A stretch of 64,000 nucleotides of DNA from the human T2T-CHM13v2.0 reference genome, Homo sapiens: assembly GCF_009914755.1 (NCBI RefSeq), contig NC_060941.1; one strand, 5' to 3'. This document shows, in pieces, positions 1 to 23,869 of the stretch. The notes beneath the pieces were generated by a model that saw only the letters and a program-made list of their open reading frames with translations, was not told where the DNA came from and ran no database searches. Every line of letters starts with the position of its first letter. The first letter of the stretch is position 1. A program made the position numbers and the translations under genes.

Positions 1-70
1 TGATTCTCCTCCTTCAGCCTCCCAAGTAGCTGGGATTACAAGCAGGCACCACCATGCCCGGCTAATTTTT
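1..70 (-). mobile_element. Alu (S-type) right-arm portion, interrupted by the FAM136A retrocopy; continues at 1835-1977
   Basis: Alu antisense sequence ending at the A-rich linker. Confidence 0.85.
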
Positions 71-1834
71 TTGTGGAGGGGGAGGGGAGAAAATTAAACT
101 TTATTTATTTTTAAAAGCAAACCACCGGGAAAATATAACACAGCCTGGAAGCAGCAAATGGACAGGCTATATTATCATTTCAAGTAGTAAGTTGATGAAA
201 ATACAATGAGGTTGCTATCAAAACAATAACGTGCCATGCCGGGGCAGGAACACTGCAAGTTGCGAAAGCCCCAGGCAAAAATGGTTTTTGGTACTGGGGT
301 CTGCCTCTCCTTTGCTATAAGGGAGTCAGCTCATCCTAGCCCAAGTTGCTTACTTTTTCTTCCTTGGATTTCCTGTTGCCAGGGTTTGTCTCAATTGTGC
401 TTTGTTAATTCAGGGGGCTAAGTAGGCAGTGCTAGGTTTAGGCTTTCATTCCATCCGTTCTATAAAAACCAGGTTTTTCCAAATCCAGTACTTCATAACT
501 CTGTTATAATCAAGTAGCCAACTGCTCTTCTTTTACTGTTCATTTCTAGATACTAGTATATATCACAATCAAAACCCCCTTCTCTTCACCGGGAAAGTGT
601 TACTGCAAGATTGTCCTGTCATTTTGCTACACACAGCCTCGGCCCATCAGCCAGTAATTATGCTTCCCATAATTAGTATGTCATCACCTCTCATGTTTTT
701 GCATGGTCTCCAGGCTGAAAGATGCAGCATGTAATAATTTTAAGAAATCTACATCTACATCTTGATGACCAGAAATGGGGATCCTCAAGGAAACTTTCAA
801 AGTTCTTATCCAAACTAGTCTCCCTCCCAATTCCACATCTTAAAATCAATTTGTATTGCCTTGTATAAATTACACAAAACCAAGAAAACAAAGACCCAGA
901 AAACTTTTTTGCCCTTCTAAGCGGGTGACCTCATGGATTTTGTTTCACAGCTTACGGAAAATGGTGTGGTGACACTTCTGGTAAACAGGATGTTGGCAAC
1001 AAAGAGAAAATATCTCTCCTCAAACTCCACCAACTCTAACCTGCCAGCCTGTTGGTACCTGTGTAATAAGAAGAGTTTAGTGCCTTGGAGGGCTCTGGCT
1101 TGTTACAGGGGAGATCCTTACTGGCAGGACAAGCACTGGCCATAGGATATATAAGCTCTAAAACTCTCCTGTAATATCTCTGACCCAATTTAGCACCACT
1201 TTTTTCCATTTCATTTTTTAGGACTGAAACATAAAAGAACCAGTGTCCAGAGGCAAGTGACATATGTCTTACACTTGTGGCCATCCTTCATTTCTTCATA
1301 AACTTTGCTTAAAAGACTAAAATTCCCAATTCCTTATAAAAAATATATTCTTGCCCTCAGCCCCAGTGGCCACTGGCAAAGACTGTTATTTCCCAATGGA
1401 TAAGAGAGCCTCCTTCATCTTCTTGGCCATAGTTGGGATGAGGTGCGTGTGGTCATCCACACACTTGGTCACACAACCGTCCAGCTGCTGCTTCACCTGA
1501 AGCTCCTTACTCCCAGTATCCATTGAATCTTTGGCTTTGTTGTTGCAATGCATGGCGCACCGGGCCAGGTGGTGCCGGAACTTCTCCAACTCACTGGTGA
1601 GCAAAGCCCGGGCTTGAGCCAGAGGCACATGGCAGTGCTTTGATGTACTGGTGCACCTACTGCATGGAGGCCTGGCTGTCCTCACAACAGCTGGTGCTGC
1701 ACCGGAACATGAGACCCTGCATCTTCCAGATGTTCTCTCTCTCCAGACTCTTCACCATGGAGTCCACCACCTCCTGCACCCACAGCTGCTGCAGCTCTGC
1801 CATGGCGTCCCCATACCGCCCTGCACCGTGCCAC
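71..1834 (-). pseudogene. Processed pseudogene of FAM136A (CDS remnant 1386-1803 plus long 3'UTR)
   Basis: Intronless [35 protein letters not shown]...KKMKEALLSIGK; nonsense TAG at 1657-1659, +1 frameshift near 1640, AATAAA (minus) at 100-105, 14-bp TSD cccggctaattttt at 57-70 and 1835-1848. Confidence 0.93.
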
Positions 1835-1977
1835 CCCGGCTAATTTTTGTATCTTTAGTAGAGACCAGGTTTGGCCATGTTGGCCAGGCTGGTCTCGAAC
1901 TCCTGACCTTAGGTGATCCGTCCATCTTGGCCTCCCAAAGTGCTGGGATTACAGGCATGAGCCATGGCGCCCAGCCT
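1835..1977 (-). mobile_element. Alu left arm (continuation of 1-70)
   Basis: taatttttgtatctttagtagagac...gccatggcgcccagcc. Confidence 0.88.
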
Positions 1978-3164
1978 CTGTCTTTCAAAAAAAAAAAAAG
2001 GGACTTACTAGGGCCTGCTTTGCCTGGGTCCCTATGCATCCTGGGATTGGTCAGAGTGAACCAATGAGAAGACTGAGCTGCTCTCAAGAAGGGCTACCAC
2101 AAGCTGGTTTTGAAAGCTTCTTGGTTCTGAGAACAACCAGCCCTAGATCCTTTTCATCTCTGATGCCAAATGATGTGGCACTGAGAACTGAAGAGGAAAC
2201 GTGAACAGAAAGAAGAGTGAGGGCTGAATAAGAAGCCTCGCCAGTGGGAAATAGGGCCCTTGGTACCTTTTGCTCCTAATAGTCACATCTGTGTTTAGAA
2301 GGGCCAGGAACTCCCACCTCCTGCGTCAGAGCCTGTCAAGCATGTCAGGCCTAGAGTGGCTTTCTGATCCCTGTTATACACCTATTTATAAGTTATCTAA
2401 GCTAATTCTGAGCTCAGAGTAATTTTCCTGAAGGAGCTTCAGGTAAATAAGGATGACAAAGAACTAAAACCAAATTTACTGTAAATGATAACTTCAGCTT
2501 CTAAGAAAAGAATTACTGACTCCACACTGATGTCAATAGCTGGAGAGCAAGGGCTACGAGGAAGAAAACCAGTGAAATAATCCATGGTCATGCCACTTGC
2601 CCAAATATCTGAATTGCTTATCATTAAAAAAGAGCAAATTTACGTTTATATGTGGCTTCATAATTTGTAAGATACGTTTACATGTTATTTATTTGATTTT
2701 CCCAACAAACCTATAAAACACTTTGGCCAAGTATTTTATGCACAAATGATCTCATACCAAGCAGGAAAGAACAGGTCTTACACTGATAGACCTTGGTGTT
2801 TATAAAATAGCTCTGTTTTGGAAATTAATTTGGAGGAATCTTATTTATAATCTGAGAAATCTGTACTAAGGGAGTCTGCTCTTAAAGGGAACATGGCTAG
2901 TCATGTGAATAGATCTCTAATGTAGCATATAGAATCTTTATTAATATGGATTGTTGCATAACCAATTATCTTACATCAAGACATGCTTACTGTAAGGCAC
3001 AGTAAAGGCTCCTGTGATGATGGCTCTGCACTGACCCCTAGTGGTGCCCTGCAGTCTCTCTCCTGCAGTTAATAGGAAAGGCAGAAATGAACCCTTCTTG
3101 AATTTGTTCTGCTGTCTCTAGATCTGGAAAAGAGACCCTGAGCTATTCAAATAAAGATGGTCAC

Positions 3165-3457
<293 letters not shown>

Positions 3458-3754
3458 CATTAAAGATGGTTACATCCATATGCCAAGGTATTATGTTGCC
3501 ACTAAAAATTATTTTTTAAAGAATCTTTTGTCAGAGAAAATGTTTAGAATATAACATTAAGTGGGAAAAAAGATACAAAACTACATGTATAGTGTGGTCC
3601 AAATTTTGAAATAGATATGTATATATTTATTTAACATATTATATATATGAACTTTTTAAAAAAGACTAGAAGGAAATGTACTAAAATATCAAAACAGGTT
3701 ATCTCAGGGTAGTGATGTTATTACTGAGCTTTATATTCTGTAATCATGTTTTCC

Positions 3755-4220
<466 letters not shown>

Positions 4221-4683
4221 CCCATGTTTTACTTTTATCAGGTGACATAATTAAAAAAAAACCAAAAGCTAGTCTCACAGCATCTGAGAGTCTGGGAGTC
4301 AGATGCATGTTAAAGTCAGAGGAATGAGGTCCAGTGCTGGCTTGGCTTGCTTTGCCTTATCTTTGGTTATTGTCTTAGCAACATAAAATTATTCAAGGTC
4401 TTGAAGCCACCTTGGGCTTACCTTCAAGTGTCCTTTTAGTGGGACAGAAGTATCTGTGATAGGCTCTGTTCACAGTCTTGACTGTTATAAGAAGCACTCT
4501 TGTGCGTAGCCACCTCCCCTCTGCTAGAGGCCCTGGCTGAATCCAAGAGGAACAGCAAAGGCTGTGCCTCCAACCAACTGTGGAAATTCAGCCATGTGGT
4601 TGAGTTACTTTTTTTTCTCTGAAACTTATAGCAGTCAATAAATTTTCAAACTCGAAGAGCCCCCAATTCCCAGACTTATTTGA

Positions 4684-8111
<3,428 letters not shown>

Positions 8112-9512
8112 GGTGGAAGCAGAAGCGAAGAGGATTTCATGCAGAGAACATAGCACACGCAGAGGTATAGAAGCAAGAGAAATTCACATTTGAGGAATTG
8201 CTGGTGGTTCTATGTGGCTGGGGCATAGAATTTGAATAATGGGGTTAACTATTATAGTTAAGGTGGAAATAGAAGGACGTGTGGCTGAAGAAGAAGGTAT
8301 GGGTTGGGTCCTGAAGGACCTTCTTAACTACATTCACATATATGACTTATCCTAAGGGTGATGGGAAACTTTTTAGGGAGGGTATGGCAGAATCAGGTGT
8401 CCATTTCAGAAAGATCAATCTGTGATGTGAATATATGTTGAGAGGCTGTTACGCTTAAGTCATGCAGGTAAGAGATTTTGGTGGTTTGAGCTAGGGTGGT
8501 AAAATGGGATGGGAGAGGGATGGACAGATTGGAGACTTGTTCAAGACTGGCTGTGGGGGAAAGAAATGGAGAGAAAGAGCTATCTGATCATTCGAAGGTA
8601 TCCAACTTGGGAAACTGGAGAGGGACAGAGAAAATACAGAACTATGGGGGAAAATGGTTTCAGTTTGGACCCAAAATTGGAGGTTCCTGTGGGACACCCA
8701 TGTCTGTGGAGTTCAGAAGAAAGACATCCCTGAGCTAGAGACACAGTTGAGATTCTGGAATCCTCAGCGCATATGGTAACTGCAGTATGGGAATGTTTGA
8801 GATGGCTGGTTGAGACACCGACAGTGCAAATGAAGCCACAAAGAAGGCAGTTGTAAGAAAGGTAGAAGGTAAATCAGAAGGTTGTTTTCAGCTAAAGACT
8901 CAGGTAGATGTACTGCGGTTCTCCATGTGTGAGGCACTATTCTAAGTGCTGGTGATAGAGCAGTAAGCAGGACAAAATTCCTGCTCCTGCATACCTTATG
9001 TTTGTGGTAGTTGGAGTAGAGCAAACAAATAAATATATAATTTTAGCCACTGAGAAAAAAAAACAAGGAAAAAATATACAAATACAGAATGATGGAAGGG
9101 AGGGGTCATTTTGGATGGGGTGATAAGAAATGACTTAAAAGCAGACGTTTGAGCAGAGACTTGAATAAACTGCAGAAATGAGAACATCTTGGCTTGGTAG
9201 TTTCAAAGAATGGAAAGAAGGCCAGAGTAGCTAGAGGACAGTGATGGAGGGACAGGATGGAGGGGCCAGCTCCTATTGGGCTTGGCAGGTCATGACAAAG
9301 AATTGGGGTTTTATTCTGAGTGTGATGGGAGGGAAGCCATTGGAGGGCTGACAGTGGGCAGGGGGTAGGGTGGCGTGATCTGAATTACATTTTACAGGGA
9401 TCACTCTGGTTGCTATTGGGGAATCATTTGTTGGGCTGCCACAGAGGAAACAATGGAGGCCAGATAGGAGTCTGGGGCAGTCATTCAGGAGAGTAGGTGG
9501 TGGCTTGGATAA

Positions 9513-9895
<383 letters not shown>

Positions 9896-9983
9896 TGAAG
9901 TGGGAGCTGAAAAGATTTGCTGCATGTTTGGATATATGGGTGTCAGGGAGAGAGAATAATCAAGGAACACTCCTAGGTTTGTA

Positions 9984-10654
<671 letters not shown>

Positions 10655-10661
10655 TGCTTTA

Positions 10662-10811
<150 letters not shown>

Positions 10812-11257
10812 TTACAAAGGCTCTACTCTACCTGACAAAATCTTATTCCTTAGTATTTAATTTCTCTTCTTAGGGAGAATTTAAATTTAATTAAGTAATT
10901 TAAATTAAAATTTTTTCCTGGCAGGGGTGGATAATGAAAAAAAGGTTGAGAAACACTGGCCTAGTGCAAGAACATGGCCTTTGGGAGTCACACAGGCTTG
11001 GTATGAATCCTGGCTCCACTACTTGGACACAGTGCTTAACCTCTCTAAGCTTCACTTTCATCATTTAAATGCCCACAGTATTAGCATAATAACCTTAGAG
11101 TTATTGGAAAAATTAAATGCAATGACGTGCCTGTTATATTGATAAATACTAATTTTCTTTCCCCTTTATCCCCGCTTTCAAGAATAGAGATTATTATAGT
11201 TAAGGAACTCCAGTAAACTGGGTAGAGACCAAATCAAGTGGGAATATGGCAGGCTTA

Positions 11258-11744
<487 letters not shown>

Positions 11745-12609
11745 TTATTCTGGAGCCTGACATATTACACTGGAACAGAGGCCGGAGAAAGGAGCCCACA
11801 TTAATTGTGGTGGACTTGGAATCTGAAGATCTGAGTGTATAAAATGTTGAACAATGAAAAGGTTGGGGAAATTAATTATGGTGCCTTTAATTTTGAAACA
11901 TCATGCAATCAGTACAATTGTTTTGGAAGGATATTTGGTGGCACGGGAAAACAGAATAAAATGTAAGCATACTGCAAAACAATACAAAGCCATTTTTGTC
12001 AAACGCCTATCTAGGTAGGAAATAGATTATCTCTGGGGTGGGATCTTTTCTTTTTCATAGTTTTCTGCATTTTTCAATTTTCCTACAAAAAGCTCGTGTT
12101 GCTTTTATAAGAAAAAAGTTATTTTCTGAAAGAACCTCTGGCGGAACTCAGATTTCCAGGGACCCACATGCCAGCACTATCCCAGCCTCGGGTGTCTGAG
12201 GTACCTAGACCAGAGGGTGTGGCCCTGGAGGTGTGAGACAGGGAAAGCTGGGCTGGGCCGGCCGCCCCTGCCCGGGGCAAGAGCAGCGTCGGGACCGGAG
12301 GACCAGTCGGGGGATGGGGCCGCAGAGGTGGCCGCGCGCCGGGAAGTGCTCAGGCCAGACCCTCCCCACTCGTTACACGCCCTGTGCTGGGCACGGGGAG
12401 GAGCAGGACGCCACCCTCTGGAACCACCCAGATCGCTGGGGCCTCCGAGAACCCGGAGGGCGGAAGGCCTGAGGGCCCCCTGCAGCCGCCTACTCCTCAC
12501 CCCAGCCCTAAAGTAGCCGGCGGGGAACTGCGCCAGCCCGCGCGCCCGCCGAGCCTTCGGTGACTGACGGGAGGTGGGAATGTGGGCGGAGCCTCACGCC
12601 GGAGCTGTG

Positions 12610-12974
12610 ATTGGAACAACCAACACCTCCCAATCTCTCCCAAGAGAGGGAGACAGCACCAGAGAGGGATGCGCAGAGGCGGGGGCTTAGAGGCCTCTAC
12701 GTGATTGGCTAACAGCGCAGGGAGCCGGGCGCTGTCCCGATGATTGGCAGGCGCTAGACAGCCCTCGGAAACCGCCTTGGCTTCGCCCATTGGCATCCTG
12801 TGAGAGTAGGCGGGATTGGTTCATCGTGTGGTGCTGATGATTAGCTGGCCGCTGAGAGTTAGGGTGTTGGGAGAGAGTTGGAGGGGGACGGCGGGGGCTG
12901 CCGACTTCCTTCTTGTTATTGGCTGGTGAGGTGGGTGGGGGTGGTGCGACGGCCCAGCGGCTGCCTGGGATTGG
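12610..12974. promoter_or_regulatory. Cluster of CCAAT (NF-Y) boxes
   Basis: ATTGG at 12610, 12704, 12743, 12789, 12815, 12918, 12970 and CCAAT at 12630. Confidence 0.75.
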
Positions 12975-13157
12975 TGGGGGCCGGCGTGAGTGACAGACAG
13001 GGGGGCGAGCTGCGCGACCAGCGGTTTGTTTTTCGGAGCGTTCCTGAGGTGGAGAACGGTGGCCGGACGGAGAGACTGCGGGTCTGAGGGACTGGCGGGC
13101 GGGCGGGCCGAGCGGCGCCGCCGAGGCCGGGCTGGGCCGAGCCCAGGAGCGCCCGGG

Positions 13158-13331
13158 ATGTAGCGGGCCACCCTGCCGATGCCACAGCGCCCGGCCGCGG
13201 GCGGAGCCGGAGCCGGAGCCTGGGGAGGCGGCGGGGGCCCAGAGCGCAGCCCGCGCCCCCCGCGCGGAGCCAGGCCCGCTGCCGTCCCCGCCGCCCGGGC
13301 CCCCGGCATGCAGCCCCGGCTGCGGAGGTGA
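13158..13331 (+). other. uORFs in the MAP3K3 5'UTR: start-stop ATG-TAG (13158-13163) and a 50-aa uORF (13179-13331) with an internal ATG at 13308
   Basis: Read directly from the sequence; all three ATGs are in the same frame as the main ATG at 13371. Confidence 0.7.
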
Positions 13332-13370
13332 CACTCACGGACCTTAGCCACCGCCGCCGCCATCGCCACC

Positions 13371-13374
13371 ATGG
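13371..13374 (+). CDS. MAP3K3: MAP3K3 coding exon 1 (ATG plus first base of codon 2)
   Basis: Perfect Kozak GCCACCATGG followed by consensus donor GTAAGT at 13375; G joins AC of the next exon to give Asp2. Confidence 0.95.
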
Positions 13375-16300
13375 GTAAGTGTCGCCACCGCCCCGGCCTG
13401 TGCCCGCGCTGCTTCGCGACGCCCCGCCCCAGGCTGAGGGAGGAGGACCCTGGGCCACCGCCTGACAGGCATGGACAGCCCGCCCGGCCCGGGGCTGCGG
13501 ACCGCCGGCCGGCCGGCCGCCCGCCCCGCTCGCGCGCCGCGGCCCGGGCGGGGGTTCTGGCTCCGCGGGGCGGCCCGGCCGGCAGAGCCCGCTCGGCAGC
13601 CCTCCTTCTGGGCGGCGCGGCGGGCGCATCCCGGGGAAGCGGCGGCGGGACCGAGGGCCCGTGCTCCGCGGGGCAGCCTGGTCCGAACGAGCCGGACCGC
13701 GAGCCCGAGGGCGGGGGAGCAAGAGCGCAGTGTGGGGCCCGGGCTGGAGGCTGCCGCAGGCCCAGCTGCTGTTGTGTCTTTTCCTTGATTTGCTTTTTTT
13801 TCCTGCCTGTGTCATTTCCTTCCCTTTGCTCACACAGGCCGGCCTGTGAGAGTTCCCGGGGCTTGCTCTCCAGCCCTGTGCGCGCCCCAGCGCAGGGGGG
13901 AGGGCGTGCGGGGCTCGGCTAGGAGGCGATTAAACTGGAGCTGTGATCAAGCGCGCGGTTGACAAATGCGTGCTGCACGCAGATTGCTGGGGGTCAGGAG
14001 TTGGTCGGATGCTGCCAGTTAGAATTCACATCCTACTTTTTGAAAAATCCCGTTGCAGGGGTTTAATCCATTATTTTTTTCTTGCGGTATCCCTGAAATT
14101 ATGTAACTTTTGAAAGAAACATTTGCTACACAAAAGAATTTCTCTGAAATCACTTCCTTTTTGTCAGTATTTACAATTTCTACTGTGAAGATGTAATCTA
14201 AGGAAAGCTTTTAATGTCTTCCGCACGTAGCATTTGAGTTGAATTATATTCCATATCCTTTTTGGTAGTTTAGCAAATGACTACTGGACTAGACTAAGAA
14301 ATAACATTTTAAACGTTCTTTACTTCTCCTGCCCAGACAGGTGTTGTGATACTGTTGTCACAAGTTTTGCAAAATATTTGGTATTGCCCTAAATAATAAT
14401 AAAAGGGTAAACTTCAGTGAGAGGATCGTTTGCAAAACGTTCCGTTGCTTCTGTGAAGTGCCCCATGTGAAGAGGGAGCCTTAATGTTTGCCTTGCCCTA
14501 TAGCAAGGTCAAGTCCTTTTTGTAGGAGGTTAACTGTACGCTATGTCAAATTCGCCAGATATTGTTTTGTGACCCATCTCTACACCCTGGCTTTGAATGA
14601 ATTGCCTTGTTCTAGTTCATGCTGTCCCTCATACAGTATGAGAAGGGTTTGTTCATTTGCTGGGCTTACTGTTTCCTTCTCATGCTTTCCTTCAGAAGTG
14701 CGTGCTCTTCTGAGGGAAGGTCTGCTGTGAGAGTGGACATAAAAGGAACCCAGTAAGGCCTGGTATTTAAATATATAATTGAAGAAATGTTTATTGAATT
14801 TTTTTATAGATGAGACACAGAATTCTTGTCTACCCCAGGATTCAAACATTTATCTTGTATTATAGATTTTGAATAAATCTTCGAATTGATTTATGAGCCT
14901 GTATTGTGATAGTCTTTCTTACAAGTCTTTTTTCTTGTCCTGTGGGGGCAGCTGTTAGTCCCAAAGGAGAGTGTGAAATACTTAAGGGTATGTAGACCAT
15001 CCACTTCCTACTTTGTTGACTGCTACACCAGTTAGAGTGCCCACATGTGTTGACTACATCTCATTATCTAACATGAAAATAGATATGAACCTGTTTTCAC
15101 ATTTCAAGACATTTTCAAAAAGTTTATAAGTGTGTGAGTATATGGAGACCAATGATGGGGAGGAAGGAAACTATATAGGCTGGGTCTAGAGCCCCAAAGA
15201 AAAAAGGGCCAGGACCTCAGGATCTTCTCATTTGTCCCCACATCAGTTGTCCTCCTGTCAGTTTTACGTGAAGACACATGTAAAAGGAACATGCAAGAGG
15301 AATTAACTTCCCTGGTGGCTGCAGTATATTAGGCAAGCTAGTTTAAGAACCACTGCCCTAGCTTTCTTCACTTTCCCCCATACAATTCTCTCCATCTTTT
15401 TTGTGAGGGGAAAGTAGATGACCTTGATACACTGTTAGAGCTAATATTGAATTCTTCTTGACACCTGGCTGTTCAATTTGCTTTGTATAGAGCTCATTGA
15501 GGATATGTATACACAGATACATTCACACACAGTCTCTCTCTTAAATACTAGTTTCCATTTTGGTGATGAAAATTTGAATTTCCAGTTTAGTTAGTTTGCT
15601 TTTAGTTGCTGTAGTTCTAAATAAACTCAAAGGATTGATAAGAGAGAAACATAGACTTCTTAGTATTTTAGTTATACTTGTTAAACTCCAGCCTCATGAA
15701 GAAAGGACTAAAACTTGAGTCTCTGCCCTGCAGGTTCTTTGGTTAAGTAACAGTCACATTTTCCTGAGCTGTTCTAAGCCCAAGACTGAAGCCTGTTTGA
15801 CAACTTGGGTTAATAAAAACATGTCAGATTTTATATTGTCTGTTAGCCCCAATGAATTTCTAGTGGAAATTATTTATCTCTGTAAATAATAGGAAATTTT
15901 TTTTTTTGCTTTGATACTATGTGGCTATAAAAAATTGGGATTGACTGGTTGTTTTTTCTTGGTCACTCCAGAATTCATTTCCAGATTTAGTAATCATAGT
16001 GGCAAATGCTGTTCATAATACCTGAGATTGTTTATGTGGTCTTTTTATAAACGCAGTCTGAAACTTTATATATCACTGAAAAATATGTAACAACTTGGAA
16101 ATGCTACAGGAAACTATAGTGAATGGAGTACAGGATTACAGATGATCTGGTTCTGGTTTGAAGTCAGAATTATTGTGACTTACAGACACCTTGTCTAGGG
16201 TTCCAAGGCTGTTAGGAGCTCCCTGTTAGAATAGTCTCAGTTCAGTTTGGCTAGAATCTGACCACCTATGTAGACTCTGAATAGTTAGCAGCTGTTTTGA

Positions 16301-16387
16301 TTGAAATTTGAATCACAGTTTAATAAATCAACATGGCTATGTCATTACTAGATTTCTGATATTTTTAAAAATGACAGTTGGATTTTA

Positions 16388-16710
<323 letters not shown>

Positions 16711-18006
16711 AGCTGAATTTTAGGCATCTGTAAAAAGTAAGTATCTGTCCAACTGAGCATTACTTAGGGGAATACACAGAGGATAAGATGAGGTTTTTCT
16801 GGTTCTATGGAAGCTGTTAATTTATTCTTTGCCCATTTGTTGAATGCCTCCTATGTGCCAGGCATAGTATTAAGCCCTGTGCCTGTGTTATCCTGTCCTC
16901 AAGAAGTTACAGTTAGGTAAGGTGAAGCAGAAACATGTAAACAATTAAGTGCAAAAGTGTGTAAAGATATACAGGAGAGAGATCAATTCTGTCGTTTTGG
17001 TATTGACACATGTAATTCTATAGTCTCCAGTCCTTTGGGTTAATTTCACTAAACGTTAAAATGTAGTGGTGATATATATTGATTCTTATGAGGAATAAAT
17101 GGCCTACTTTATAATATGTGTTTTAAGAATTTGAACCATCAATTAATATTGAATGCCTATTATATCTTAGAACAGAAAAACGCCAGCATTTGACTTTGAG
17201 ATTTAGCAAAGGTTCAACCATTTCTTGAAGGATAAAAGTTTCTTATGAATTGAGGGTCTGGCCTTATTGCATATACTCATTGTAAAATGATGTTTGCCTG
17301 GGCATGGACAGGGTGGAGGCAGTGGAAGTATGTGGAATGTCATGAAGAGAAAGTAAAATCTGACTCAGGGACACTGAAGCACAGACTCTCCTGAGTGAGC
17401 AGTGCGATCAGACGATCTGGTGGAGCTGGGTAGAACATTGTCAAGATGAAGAAATAACATCATTAGTTAAATGAAACAAAACAAAGATTAAAACATTACT
17501 TTGGGGATTGTATCTATGGAAAAGAGAGAGAGTGTGTGGCATAGTAAACAGACACCATACGGGATAACAATGTTTATTAGAGAATGTGGTGCTTCTGGCA
17601 ACTTTTCTGGGTTGTTAGCCAAGGGAACTCACAAATGGGAAGTGCCTTAAGACCCTGCTTTGAGATACAAGTAATAGCTCAGTCTGGAAGAGTGGCTTCC
17701 TGCTGGAGCTAAAGAGAGGAGTATGTTGCCTGGCAGCCTCCATACCACAGGTTGGGGTACCAGGAGAAGAAAAACTACATGCCACTGGGGAATTACTTAA
17801 AACTGCCTAAGAGCTTCTACTTTTTAAGCCTGAACTCTAATCCTTGTTTGATAGATCCTTTTCTAGTTCCATGAATACTCCTCCTTTTCCTAGATTCTTA
17901 ACCTCTTAATCTCTAAAATTAACCTCTTTCTCCTTATGCTTCTTCCTGGTAGCTTCTAAGTGTGTCAGACCACTCCCACTCTCAGGAAATCTTTTCAAAG
18001 TTATAA

Positions 18007-21257
<3,251 letters not shown>

Positions 21258-21611
21258 TAGGGAAATTGTAGAAGGTATAAAATAATTGATGGGATATATA
21301 TGTGTTAATTTGACAGATGTCTTTTTGTAGATACCCACTTTCTCCTCATTCATTATCCCCTTTACTGCATGCTTTCTATATTACAGCTATGTCACTCTCA
21401 TACATACTTTTGTATATGTTTTGAAGTGGAATCATATGGGAAGTTATGCTCCTGGTGGTTTTCCTGCAAGTTTTAAATCTAATTTTACTTTCCTGAACAA
21501 GCAAAAACCTCTTTATAGGCAACTTTGTCCTTTTCTGTACCTCGTCAGAGGGCATATAGGGCACCAGAGCAGATTTCGTCTAGGAAGAGGGGAGAGGCAA
21601 ATAAGGTGAGG

Positions 21612-23869
<2,258 letters not shown>

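Larger units (their letters stand above)
12200..14000. promoter_or_regulatory. CpG island / TATA-less promoter of MAP3K3
   Basis: Very GC- and CpG-rich block spanning exon 1; GC boxes (GGGCGG near 12583 and 13096-13107), ETS-like ACTTCC at 12904. Confidence 0.92.

Noticed and set aside
1386-1685. 99-aa FAM136A-like ORF as a functional gene
   Set aside because: Downstream of a nonsense codon and frameshift in an intronless, TSD-flanked retrocopy; the track's first codon is not ATG
2440-2625. Protein-like unique sequence upstream of the promoter (also ~4640-4765)
   Set aside because: In-frame stops or no start/splice context and no family I can recognise; tblastx would be needed
12177-13833. 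Several 100-305 aa ORFs on both strands in the CpG island
   Set aside because: Low-complexity Pro/Arg/Gly/Ala products with no recognisable domain; expected at this GC content
13371-13922. 183-aa ORF from the MAP3K3 ATG
   Set aside because: Read-through into intron 1 past a consensus GTAAGT donor; long ORFs arise by chance in GC-rich, stop-poor sequence
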